The notes below the pieces were generated by a model. That model did no database searches. It saw nothing but the letters and a program-made list of their open reading frames with translations, and was not told the origin of the DNA. A program made the position numbers and the translations under genes. From Adineta vaga (taxonomy: Eukaryota > Animalia > Rotifera): a DNA stretch of 64,000 nt. The stretch covers positions 7,936,001 to 8,000,000 of the forward strand of contig CP075495.1 in assembly GCA_021613535.1 (NCBI GenBank). The letters run 5' to 3'. Positions 12,710 through 25,008 of the stretch are shown in pieces. Each line of letters begins with the position of its first letter. The first letter of the stretch is position 1.

Positions 12710-14934
12710 TTAATGGTATACAATCGGAACAGGTAAGATTGGACGAGATTGTTGGGGTTGTGCTGTATTATAACGAGGAGGAAGATTGCGATCATCTTTG
12801 TTGCAGAGTATACTACCATCATCATCGAAAAGTACAGGTTTTTCTGGTCGATAGAGTGTACCTCTATAGAAAAAAAGATAATATGTATATAGATTAAAAT
12901 AAAAAGAACAATAACAATAACATCAAGTGTAAGACATACGTTTTTGCTGAATACCATTGACGAATTGGATGTGGATTGGCCACACCTGTTTGTTGAAGTT
13001 CGAAATTAAGACGTTTTTGATATTCAACTTCGGTTTGCATGCCTTCTGCAAATTCACGTTGATTTTCATTTTCCTCCTAATAACATTTTTTTATAGTATG
13101 TCGTTTGTTTTTGATAAATATATATATATATATATACCTCTTTCTTCTTTCTTTGTTCATAATCCATTTGTCCAAATAAATCTTGTCGATAAGCAAGTCG
13201 TTTATGTCGATTACGAGCTTCAAATTCTGCATCTTCCACTTTGACTTGTTCAGAAATATTCTTGATATTATCTTTTTGCCATTGATATTCACTTGCTTCT
13301 TGTGCTTTTCTTTCGGCTAAATCAAATGAAAGAATAAAAAACATGATCAATCAATTGAATCAGATCATACTTCGTTCGATCAATTGTTGTTGTCGACCTT
13401 CGACTACTTCCTGAAGAAGTTTAGCACGCTTGTCTTTTTCTGCACGTACTTTTTCTAAACGTTTAGCATTTTGTCGATCTAATTCAGCTTGTACAATACG
13501 ATCAAGTTCAATTTGTTGTCGTTTTTCATCAATTTTACGTTGTTCCAAATATGTTCGATAACGTAAACTTTCATCACGAAGTTCCAACTAAAGATAAAAT
13601 CATCATGTATAATAGTTTTTCGAACTTGTGAATTATAGTACAAACCTTTCGTTGAAATCTATCTTTTTCATCATTTTTAGTTGCTTGACGAGTTTCATCC
13701 GTAATTTTATCTTCGAGTGCTTGTTCTTCTTCTGCTTTACGTTGTTGAACTCTTTGTTTGGTACTAAAAGAAACGTTTGAAGATAGGAGATCATTCATCA
13801 ACATGACAATTAATACGCACGCTAAAACAGTATCTAATATACGTTTTTGTTCATCTTGTTTACGTAGTTTTTCTTGAAATTCAGCCATTTTTTCATCTTT
13901 TTGTGCGCGAAATTGTGTCCACTAGATAACAAAAAGAAAACCATTGCACTAATACACAAGAACAATTCAATATGTTAAAATATATTTACAGCTGCTTCCG
14001 AATGTTCTTTTCGTTTGCTTTTCTGTAAGATACGTTCATCTTCAACAACTTGCATTTGTTCGCGTATAACTTTAGTCATATTATCTGTTTTAACTTTAGC
14101 TTCAAATACATCACGATCTTCACGTTCTTTCTTTTTCGCAATATCATTATACCATAATTCTGTCCAAAATTCTTCTTCTGCCTAGAAAGTAGGTTGATCC
14201 ATGACGCATTATTAAAACTAACAGAATAATCAATCTTACTTTTTGATCTTTTTTTCTATCGAATTTTTCTTTCATTTGCCATAAATGTTCATTACCTAAT
14301 TCATGATCTAATTCTTTTGATTGAAGTTCACGTAATTCTGCACAATCACGTCGAAAACGTTGATCATATTTTTCTTGAACAAGTCTTGCATGTTCACTAT
14401 CTTTTTCTTCACGTATACGTTTTGCTTTTTGACGCATTTTCCCAATACGTTGAGCTAAACTTTCTTTTGATGATGTTGCTTCTTGAAGATATTGTGCATC
14501 TTCAGATGCAAGTAAATCACGTAAACTAAAATTGAATTTGTTTCGTTTCTATAAGAAAAATAAAAATGAAAATTCAATTAGTCATACCGTTCACGACGAT
14601 CTTCAAGTTGATGATCGACATGATTTAATCGTCGTTCAACTTCTCGTCGAACTTGAGCATTGAAAGATTTGGTTGATGTTAGTTCATCAAATTGAATTTT
14701 ATTTAATTCAAGTTTTTCTGCTCGATTGTATTTTTCACGTGCTTCACGTATATCTTCAATCTCACGATTTTTCGTTACAAGATTTTTTTGTGGTCGATAA
14801 GGTTTCTCGAGCTAAGCAAAAAATAGACAATTACATTGTTTAGTCAGCTCTATTTTCCTTACCAAACCAAATTGACCAGGTTGTGGACCAGGAACATCAC
14901 GATTATGTATAGGTGGATACAGACTTGTTGCCAT
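12710..14934 (-). CDS. CFAP53: Cilia- and flagella-associated protein 53 (TPH-domain coiled coil), multi-exon
   Basis: RDVPGPQP, LEDRRERLRDLLASED, MRQKAKRIREEK...VQEKYDQRFRRDCAELRE parallel the CFAP53/CCDC11 N-terminal pattern. Confidence 0.82.
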
Positions 14935-15173
14935 CAATAAAAGAAGTACTACTCAAAAATTCTTCTCACCTACTAATTCGACAACACAAAATAAAGTGCC
15001 ATTCAAGAAAAACTCGTCAAGTAAAAGACTTTACTTTGGATGTTATTTATGATTGAATTCGAAAATAAACTATAAAATATCTCTACGAATATTTTGCATA
15101 ATATTTTCCGTTTAATTTTTTATTGATTTTAATTCATTCGTAAAAAACGACATCTATTACAAATCTGACAAAT

Positions 15174-15187
15174 GTTGTCTAGGTTAC
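15174..15187. promoter_or_regulatory. RFX X-box-like element in the CFAP53/PIFO divergent promoter
   Basis: GTTGTCTAGGTTAC (reverse GTAACCTAGACAAC), an imperfect palindrome of the GTTNCC-NN-GGNAAC type between two divergent ciliary genes. Confidence 0.6.
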
Positions 15188-15266
15188 ATATCTTGAGTTA
15201 TTTGACTAGTATGATATTCTAAAAAGAACATATATATCACTTTTCTCAACTCATCCGTGTATCGAT

Positions 15267-16545
15267 ATGTTGTTTGGTAAGATTTAGTTCTTTTTTTGCT
15301 CATATTTAGCTGCTCAGCTCATATAAATATATATCAAAATATGATTTCTTGCATGATTTGCTTTGCTTGCTTTTTTCTCAGGTGATGAACCACCTGCAAA
15401 AATTGTTTTTGGTACAACAGCACTCAATCGACCAACATTTCCTACTGATATAGCGCATGATTGCTTTGGAAATCAGCAAACACCATTACGAGGTGTACCA
15501 AATCTGTAATTGTTTTCTTATCTTTCAATTAATTATATATATATATGCTTTCAATGCTTTATCTAATGCTTTATCATCTCTAGTGGACCGGGCGCATATA
15601 ATAATGAGGAAAAGACAAATTTTCGGTATGTTCTTGAACAGCAACCGATGAGTCGCCGTGGATATACATTCAATGCACGTACAGAAAAACGAAAAACTTT
15701 TGAACCAAAGGTGATTGTTTCAGAAAAGCTTTGCTCTCTTATTAACACATCGATAAAAACTATAATGAATGGATTCAAAATTGTTCTCTCTATACATGTA
15801 GATTGATGTTCCAAGTCCAGATACGTATCAAATGGATCTAACACGTTTACCAAGTACAAAACGAGCATTCAAACCTTTTAATGAAGTTTCAGAACGATTC
15901 AAAGCACGTGCTAGAAGTGCTGATATACCAGGGTAGAAGATTTATTCTTTCTTCATTCTATACATCGATACTCTTTTTCTTGCAATCAATAGACCTGGTA
16001 GTTATGAATGTGATGTTAAACAAAATCGTCAAATACATATGCTTCATAGTTTCGGTGGACGAACAAAACTTATACCAGCTGTTAAAACGAAATGTGTGGC
16101 ATTGAATACGGATAAGGTTTGAGGAAAATAAAATCAATGATTTCGATACTTACAATATTTCTTCTCTATTGATTATTCAAGTGTGCAGTTTGTTCTCAAA
16201 CAACAACAGGCGATTATTATCAATATCGAAATGAAATTCTTTGTCCAAAATGTTTTAATTTCAATTGGCAATGGCAAGAAAAATATAAACGAACGTAAAA
16301 GAATCTATGACAAAAGTTATTTTTTTAACATGAAAACAAATTCTTTTAGATATCTTCAAGCATTTCAAAAAGTTCGTGATTGTTCATCTATTCATGATCA
16401 TGCTGGAACTTCTGCAAAAATCCAAGTAAATCAATATGAATTGATTTTTTCATCGTATCTTATTTTTCATTTTTAGTTAGCAGATGATAAATCAACAAAA
16501 AAACTTCAACGTAAAGAAGCATATCTTAGTCTCTATTGGGCTTGA
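15267..16545 (+). CDS. PIFO: Pitchfork/CIMAP3-like ciliary microtubule protein, multi-exon
   Basis: PGPGxY-type repeats (GPGAYN, PSPDTY, PGPGSYE), HSFGGR, and C-terminal KLQRKEAYLSLYW typical of the pitchfork family. Start exon ATGTTGTTTG|gtaag. Confidence 0.78.
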
Positions 16546-16656
16546 TTTTACTATTATTATTTTTTTTTGCTAAATAAACATTAAAATGATTTTTCTATTA
16601 AAAACAAACAAAATTTTGTCTTTCGTAATTACATTTCTAGATATTAATTTCCTTCC

Positions 16657-17915
16657 ATGACATCTTATAATCAATCGGAAATTGAACGACTCAAAGCTGA
16701 TATTCATCATGAAGAACAAATCAAGTAAATAACTCATTTATATATTGAAAAATCATACATTTCCATCTAATAAATAGATCATCTCTTGAACAATCATGTC
16801 AAGAATTACAAAGTACAGCTGTAGAATTAGAAAAACGTTTAAAAATGATCGATGAAGAAAGTATGTGAAATATTCATGTCATTTTTCTTATCCTTTTCAT
16901 TCAAGATTATTCATTCTATAATGACATTTTCCTATAGTGAATACTCATGCAGATATAGGCGGTGTAGTAGAAGGTATTGATTTTTGTGTCAAACATTCGA
17001 ATAATTACATCTAATCATATAAATTCGACTTGTTTTTTATCCATCAAAACATCACATATGTTTGATGAGATGAAAAGTCATTTATTTCTCTTTTATTAGC
17101 AGAATTGAAATAAGAATATTTTCATTTTAAAGGTAATGAATGGAAAACACGTTTCGAAAATCAAGAAGAAATTAATCGTCATTTAACAAGACAAATTGTT
17201 TTACTTGATAAAAATATTGATCAAGCAAAAGAAGAACTCAAAGCCGGTATGAAAAGAAATCAAAAGAACAACAATGAAATTTGATTTGTTTTGTTTTTTA
17301 AGCTAAAACACGTGCATTAAAAGTTAATCCGAATGAAGTAAATATTGTTTTTTTCTTTTTGTTTTGAAAAATAATACATGAGATATATTGTACTTTCAAG
17401 GTTAATCAAGACGTACTTAAAGGTGTAGAAAATGAAAAGAAGAATTTGTTAAGTCAATTACGTGATTATGAATGGCGATTAGAACAAGAAAATAAGGTAA
17501 ATAGAAAATGTATTATTCATATGTTATATCATAGAAATCGAATTCTTAGGCATATCATCGGGCTACTGATGAACGAAAAAATTTAACCAATGAAATAACG
17601 GATGTCCGAAGTAAGACTAGCTGTGCTGCTTCTGAAAGAATAAACTAATATACGTATTAAAAAATAGATGCGATTTCAACGATTAAAGAACGAACACATG
17701 CAGTAGATCATATGAAAAGTGATCGAGGTGGACAAGCTTCATATCGTGAACCGAATGCGTAGGTGAATTCAGGATAAAATTATTCGATATCTTATTTTGA
17801 TATATTTAGAGCTACGCCAGTTGAAAGACGTGCTCCCGATACAAAACGAGGTCCAATTACAAGTCGAAATACAACCACAACAACATCGCGTAGTCTACCG
17901 AAATTAGATAAATAA
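16657..17915 (+). CDS. CCDC169: Coiled-coil domain-containing protein 169, multi-exon
   Basis: GNEWKTRFENQEEIN, LRDYEWRLEQENKAYH and C-terminal RGPI...SLPKL resemble the CCDC169 (DUF4600) family. Confidence 0.8.
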
Positions 17916-18448
17916 TAATGACAGTATAGAATTAGAATGTTCAGCACTGCAATGAATATGGGGCTGCTTTACTTCTCGGTGTTATTTTGTTCATTGTCCT
18001 TGTTTGATAATACTTTCCAGTGATTATATATTAATCTCATGACTTTTTTTTTGTCGTCGTTTGCTGTGTATAATGATGATCAGGTATCTATTGGGAGCCT
18101 CATAGATTGCGCGAAAAATAACAAAACTTAATTTTTTTAAACATTCTAACTTACTTCTTTTTCTTTGTTTCTATTCATCATGTCTATAACAGAAGAACGG
18201 ACGGAACTTTTATTGAATACACTTAATGAAGCTGTCACTATGTTACTTGAAGCTTTTAATGCTAACAAAACACAGACTGACATTGTTGTCTCGATGGAAA
18301 AAAAGAATCATAGAAATCATAAAGAACACAAGATAATGAAAAATGTTCATTTTATACGAAGAAATATGTCAGCAAATTCTACTATCAAAAAAATATCGAA
18401 TACAACGACAAAGAAAAGTGTTAAGAATAAAAGATTTCATTGATATTT

Positions 18449-18799
18449 TTATGGTAATTGAGCATTCGTTTGTGAGATAATATGTGAAATATTACGTTCG
18501 AGATCATCAATACGTTTACCAACATCATCAACTAATTAGAAAAACAATAGAGAAATATGAACAAGTATCTGTCGATTTCTTCTCTTACTTTTTGCCATAA
18601 TTGAATCACTCATTTGACCAAATTTATCTTGGATTTGACCTATTGTATGTTGAACCTGAGGAAGAGAAGAAAATAATCATGATCAAAGAAGAAAAAATTC
18701 GAGAATTTAAATATTTACTAAATTAACAAATTCTTGGGCATTTTGTGGTTCGCGTATGGGATATTCTTGATTATTAGCTAATGTAGTTGAATTTGTCAT
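18449..18799 (-). CDS. HSBP1: Heat shock factor-binding protein 1, 3 exons
   Basis: EPQNAQEFVNL|VQHTIGQIQDKFGQMSDSIMAK|IDDVGKRIDDLERNI is the HSBP1 signature. Not present in the ORF track because the exons are short. Confidence 0.92.
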
Positions 18800-19404
18800 G
18801 ATCTAAAAGAAAATATGAAAAATTTTCACATATAATCTTGCTTTCGATAGTCTCGCGTTGAACTTTATCATCATCGTCTTTTTCTCTTTTCTCACATACT
18901 TAACTACCCGAAGATGTTTAAAGAAAAAGAAAAAAAAATGACGGTGTCCGACGTGTTTTCACCCGTATTCTGATGTTGTATGCAAACGACATAACGACAG
19001 AAAATGAGCGACGCGTACCGACCAACATTACAGCAACAGAATATGCATCTTTAAATAGAAACGAGAAGCACAAAAAAAAACAGAATGGAAGCTTTTTCTC
19101 TTGCTCTACTATTTATATTAAAAGCAAAAAAAAGTTTTAAGTAGGTTTCATTCATCACTTAGTAATTGGATATTATTTATTGAATGCTTAAATAAATTCA
19201 AATAAGTCCAATAGTCAAGGATAACAAACAACATATAAAAAAAACAAAAGATACGTCAATGTTTTCACTATCTGTCGATTTGTTACAGCAGTGTAATTGC
19301 GTAATAACAAATATATTTCATCACTTGTGTAACATTTCAGTATAGAATCAAATATATATATATATATATAAACATCGTGTGTACAGTTGAAAAATAATAT
19401 CAAG

Positions 19405-20448
19405 ATGGCAATGGCAAGTGCGACGACAACAAATCAAACAGCTTTATGTTTGATTCCACCGGAAAATGTTTGGGAACAGATTCAAGCGATTCGTTCAACG
19501 AATGATAGAGCATATCCACGTTGGATGCCACATATTAATTTGATCTATCCTTTTGTACCAGAAAGTAATTTCGACAATATTAAAACACAATTAGAATTAG
19601 TTCTTCATCGACAAAAACCATTTTCAATTCAATTTGATCAAAATTCTTTTCATTATTTTCAACAAAAAGATAACGATTGTACATATCATCTTCAACCAAC
19701 GGACACTACGAACGTGATTGATTTACAAAAACTAATTCAAGATCAATTAATAAAAATCTGTAAGAAAAAACGTCCATTTGAAGCGCATCTTACACTTGGT
19801 CAAAGTAAAATCAAAATTATTGATAATGTATTTACAAAATTGAAATCGAATTGGTCAACAATTGAATTTACTGTTGATCGTATTTATATGATTAGTCGAG
19901 AAAATCATCCTGAAAATTTATTTACAATTAAAAATGAAATTCTTCTTTTAAATCAAAAAGACGAATTGAATGTTTCACAAGTAACATGTTCACCTACGAA
20001 TACTCTTAGTATCTTATCACCAAATGGATTTTCTACACGTGTTCATCAGTTATTTGAACGTACATCATTTCAACCATTGAAATCATTTCGAATTATTCTT
20101 GCTGATTATGAAAATGGTCCTATAAATAATGATTTACGTTCAAAATTAGAATCAACATTAAAATTTACAATCGAATTTGGACAAGATTCACTTGGATATG
20201 ATGAAACAAGTTCACGAGTTTTCTTAAAACCAAGCAATATCGAAGCAATACAACAGTTACAAATACTTGATCAAACGAAATATGATGGATCGTTAACTTT
20301 AGGTCATTTAAATAAAAATGATTTCAATCAAGTCTTGGATCGTTTCATTCAAAGTTGGCCAGGTGGAATGAACAGTATCGATATTGATCGAATACATTTA
20401 ATAGATGCAAATGATAAATTTAAATTTATCTTTCGTTTAAAAACTTAA
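19405..20448 (+). CDS. 2H phosphoesterase (2'-5' RNA ligase/LigT-like) with a second, degenerate 2H copy; intronless
   Basis: TALCLIPP...IQAIR...DRAYPRWMPHINLIYPFV and FEAHLTLGQ provide two His motifs. The C-terminal half aligns to the N-terminal half. First ATG at 19405. Confidence 0.85.
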   Translation: MAMASATTTNQTALCLIPPENVWEQIQAIRSTNDRAYPRWMPHINLIYPFVPESNFDNIKTQLELVLHRQKPFSIQFDQNSFHYFQQKDNDCTYHLQPTDTTNVIDLQKLIQDQLIKICKKKRPFEAHLTLGQSKIKIIDNVFTKLKSNWSTIEFTVDRIYMISRENHPENLFTIKNEILLLNQKDELNVSQVTCSPTNTLSILSPNGFSTRVHQLFERTSFQPLKSFRIILADYENGPINNDLRSKLESTLKFTIEFGQDSLGYDETSSRVFLKPSNIEAIQQLQILDQTKYDGSLTLGHLNKNDFNQVLDRFIQSWPGGMNSIDIDRIHLIDANDKFKFIFRLKT

Positions 20449-21037
20449 TATTTTGTATTCTGTTCTGCCGATTTAATACTTTTTGATGGAAAAAATTACC
20501 GAAATATAGAATACATCAAACAAAAGGAAAGTTTCTTCGCCGGAGATGTCTACTAATGCAATCAATAATTGATCTGATTAAATAATAAATTTCGCTTTTA
20601 TGTAACGTCATTTTTCCATGTATTTTTTTTTTTGGTACCAATATAATGACAATATTAACACACTTCACGAAAGAAGAAGAAGAAGAAAAAGTACAAATTA
20701 AGACATTCTTTAATGGTAGATTTATATACATTCAACAGGTCGAGAAAACAAGTGATAAGCGTTCAAAGGATTACTAATTAAATAGAATTTAACAATAAGA
20801 TTTCAAAAAAAATCTAACGGAAAAATTTGTACTGTACAACAAAGAAGGCTCGGATGAAAGAAAAGGAAAATTTCATATAGATTCTATTTTCTCATTATAA
20901 AATACAGACACTAGAAAAAAAATAAATATGTATATATAATCATACTGATTTACTGTTTTGTACATTCGAAAAAAGGAAAAAGAAAAAGGAAATTAATCAT
21001 TTTTTTAGCTTTCAATTTAAAAATATTTTATAAATCA

Positions 21038-24000
21038 TTAGTGTAACATAGATTTGGGATAAACAACATTACGTTCTTGTTCATCATCAGAATATCGTTG
21101 ATTATTATAACGATTCCATGGATTTAATCTGTCTATATTGTTAGGATGTTGTATTGGAGTATAAAAATCATGCAATGGTTCAATAATATGATTGACTGGA
21201 GTTGATGAAATAGGATAAACATAATTAACAGTTGATGAAGTTGGTTGTCGTCGAGTTGTTGAAGATGGTGACATTGCTCGTTGCGATGATGAAGAAACGG
21301 CTTCTAATTCATACTGTGGTTTACGTATTCGAGGTGTTGGACAAGGTAAGGGTTTTACTAAAGAGAATTCATCTTCGGATGAAGATGGTGGTAATGGTGT
21401 AAGAAATTTTCGTGGTAATGGTATTGGTGGTTGAAGAATATAAAGATGTTGTTTATCTTTTGATGGTGACCAAATGACATTTTCTTCCTTTCTTAAAGGT
21501 TGTGGAGAAGATGAATAATCTATATTTAGTTGTTCATCGAAATCATTTGTTATTAAGTCTATTAGTTGATGTTGAGGTTTCTGTTTAGGTAGAAGAGTTG
21601 GAGATTTAGAATGAGGTTCTGGTGACAATGATAGTAACTGTGGTGTGGGTGATGGAGAGATATCACGACGGCGATAAAATAATATATAAGCATCTGGTGT
21701 ACATACACGAGATGGATCTAGTTCAGTTACGAGATGATCATCATAACAGAACCATTTTCCTGTGACTGGATTTTTACAATAAGCTAAAAATGAAAAAAAA
21801 ACAATATTTTGTATAATTCTAAATTATTCTATTGTTGAAATAGATAGACTTTTGAAAATCAGAATAATAAGGAAAAGCATATGTGTGTTTTACTTAGAAC
21901 GTCAAATCAGAAGAAAAGAGAAGTCGTTATTAATAGAGATTTTGTTTTAGAAAAAAACACTAGACTACCTGTATAATGTCCATTTGACATGCTTCCACGA
22001 TGATTACAAACTGCATAGAGATCGTAAAGTCCATATTGTTTTTGTTCCTGTTGATTGATTTCATCTTGTTGATCCTCATCAGCTCCACTATCATCATTGT
22101 TGATATGCTCATCATTTCTTTTCCTTGATAGATATCGTCGAACATCAAGACCAATCAATGGAAACTGTACTGGATACACTAATTTGGAATTGGATACTTT
22201 TGTTTGACAGAATCGTTTTAAATGTATGATTAGCACTGATGGTACTGTCGAAATTTTCAAATTCTTCACAGTTCCATTCTCTTTTCGACGGCAATGTGTA
22301 CACATCCATGCATCATCCTATAGACACAAATGAAATGAATAGATAGTTTCGTTTGATTAAATCGAAAAGAAGAACACATACATGATTTAAACTTTCTGAT
22401 TGTGTAAATAATGAAAAACAATCAGCTAATGATATGGAGGAAGATGGTTGATGTAATGCTGCACGAGCTTGAGCAACTGATTGATGAATATCAGGTTTAT
22501 CATCAGTACAACCCCACTTCGATATAAATTGTCCAAGATATTTTTCTTGCCAATCTGCATAAACTTGAATATGAGATGGTCCAAGACCTGGACCATCATA
22601 TGCATCCAGAATTTCAACAATTTTCTCAAGATAAAGTGGCCATTGAACATCATGTAGAATAGGATGTTCTTGTTTCATGGTTTCATTATTTGTTGATTGA
22701 TATTGATCAATAAGAGACAGTTGAAAAAGAACAAATTCTTGGGCATATTCCATTGCTTCATCGAGTATGATCGATCGTTGCGCTTTTATCATAGATAATT
22801 GTAATGCACGATAATTGGATTCACGTGGAACACGAACAGCTAAAAAGCAAACAATTAAGATTTTCATAGAAATACAAAGAATTTCGTACCAATCGGTGCA
22901 CCAAAACGTTCTACACGACCAGAATTTAATCGTACACGATTAATTACAAGTAAATTAACGAATAAATTAGTTGATTCTGATGGTACTATTTGATTCGTAG
23001 ATTCCGTAGGTAAAGCAACATGTTCAACACTTTCCGTTGTTGTTGTTGTTGTTGACGATGATGAAGGAAATTGTATTGCATAAACATCATGTGTAAGTCG
23101 AGACATCGATTCTGTATCGTGAAAGACTTGAGAAAAACCATTGTATTGATCAATTTCAACAAGAGCAAGCTAGAAGAGAACAAAAATCATGATTATCATT
23201 GATAACAACAATATGAAAGATGACGATCTATCAAAGTTCGATATTTTATCTTTTAAAAATATATATATTTACATCATTTGGATCCAGATTTGATTGTTGA
23301 GCAATAGCTTCTCGAACATCTTTCACTGTATTTGTAACTGGTAGACATAATCCAATTTGTAATTGTTTTGGTGATTGATTAAGAAATACAACCGTAATGA
23401 AAACTGATTTAATAATTTTTTGTGGAATTGGTAATGATAATAATGTATAGGGTTCAAATGTTTTACTTTCTTGTTTACATTGATGACAACGTAATGTTGA
23501 ATGAAGTTGAGCACTAAATGTTGATGTCATGATACTTTGATTTGCATCTGTATAATCTGACCATGCACGACACCCTAATTCAGCTGATGCTAATGATGAA
23601 GATGAAATAGTTTTCGTAGCAAATGAATTCTAAATATAGATAAGAAAGAGAGAGAAAAAAAACACATTGTTATGATTGCTTGACTGTGATAAGAATTGAT
23701 TTACTTTTGTTTGTGATCGTAGTCTTCCATTTGTAGCTAGATTCAATTCATCATGAATAGTATTAATAAGAAATAAGAGAAATTCTTGAGCATCATTTTG
23801 ATCATTTCCTGAATATTGTCGACTAAGATTTCCAATAATTGACTTAAAATCATAGGATAATTTTGATGTCGTATTCGAGGAATTATTCCATAGTGCTTGA
23901 AAAATTTGAACAAAAGATTTCGTTACTTTAAAACCATGTGGTTGAGATGATGATGATGATGATGATGATAAATGTTGAGAATCAGCAATGGTATTTTTAA

Positions 24001-25008
24001 TATTACGCATATCGATTTCATAACCTTTTCGAAGAATATATAAAGCTAATTGTTCAGTATGACATAAGCATTGTATAATAGCATTGATAAAACTAAAATA
24101 TTACATAAAAAAAAAGAAGTCATTTTTGTTCCATTATTCTTAGCAAAGATGCTTTTTCTCCTAGACTCAATCTGAAAGCAACTCATTCTATAATGAGATT
24201 TCAAATCTTTGAGCATGACTTAAAGACATAGAAGAAAAGTAATCTTATCAAATGTCGACATTGTCTTCGTATTCAAATCATCTTATCACATGAAAATGTG
24301 AATTATCTATTTTGTTGATTTACTTACCATGTATTTCCACAATTTTTCAATCCATATAAAAATGGTACATGTTGCGTTGCAGGTGCTAATGTTCGTCGAT
24401 TTGATTTTCTTCGAATATCTGAACGTGTTAATGAATTTCTACGATTTTCATATGGATTGGTTCCTGTAGATGATTGAGAATTTTTAAATGAAATCATTGG
24501 TGAGTTTGAATGATGAAAATTTTGTTCATTGCTATTTGGTGACACTTGATAATCGGAAGATTTTTTCGTTGAAGGAAAATTCATTAAACGTTTCAAGCGA
24601 GAAAAAAATGATCGATGAGATTTTGATGATTGAGATAGACCAGATTCATAACCGGATGATGATGATGATGATGTAGTTGTATTGGTTTTATGAGATGATG
24701 TCATATCCGATGACTTTCGTTCATTTAATGCAAGAGAATATGAATGTGTCGATAAAGGTAAAACATTCGAAATGAAATCAACGGAACCAGATTGCATGGA
24801 TCCTACGGTACGAATATGTTGATGTAGACTATTCGTATTTATTATTGGTGATTTACTAAAAGAAAAATGAAGGATGATTCATTAAAAAAATGAAATTTGA
24901 GAGAAGTGAATCAGTTTACCTGCCAACAACATCAGCTGCATCACGTTGTTTTTTTATCTGATAGGAACCAATATCTGTACTAGCTGCATTGACACAATGT
25001 TGAACCAT
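21038..25008 (-). CDS. Ubiquitin-specific protease, USP31/USP43-like, multi-exon
   Basis: Cys box GLKNCGNTCFINAIIQCL, QNDAQEFLLFL, LIIHLKRF, His box YDLYAVCNHRGSMSNGHYTAYC and WFCYDD. RFGAP-containing insertion as in USP31/43. Confidence 0.9.
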
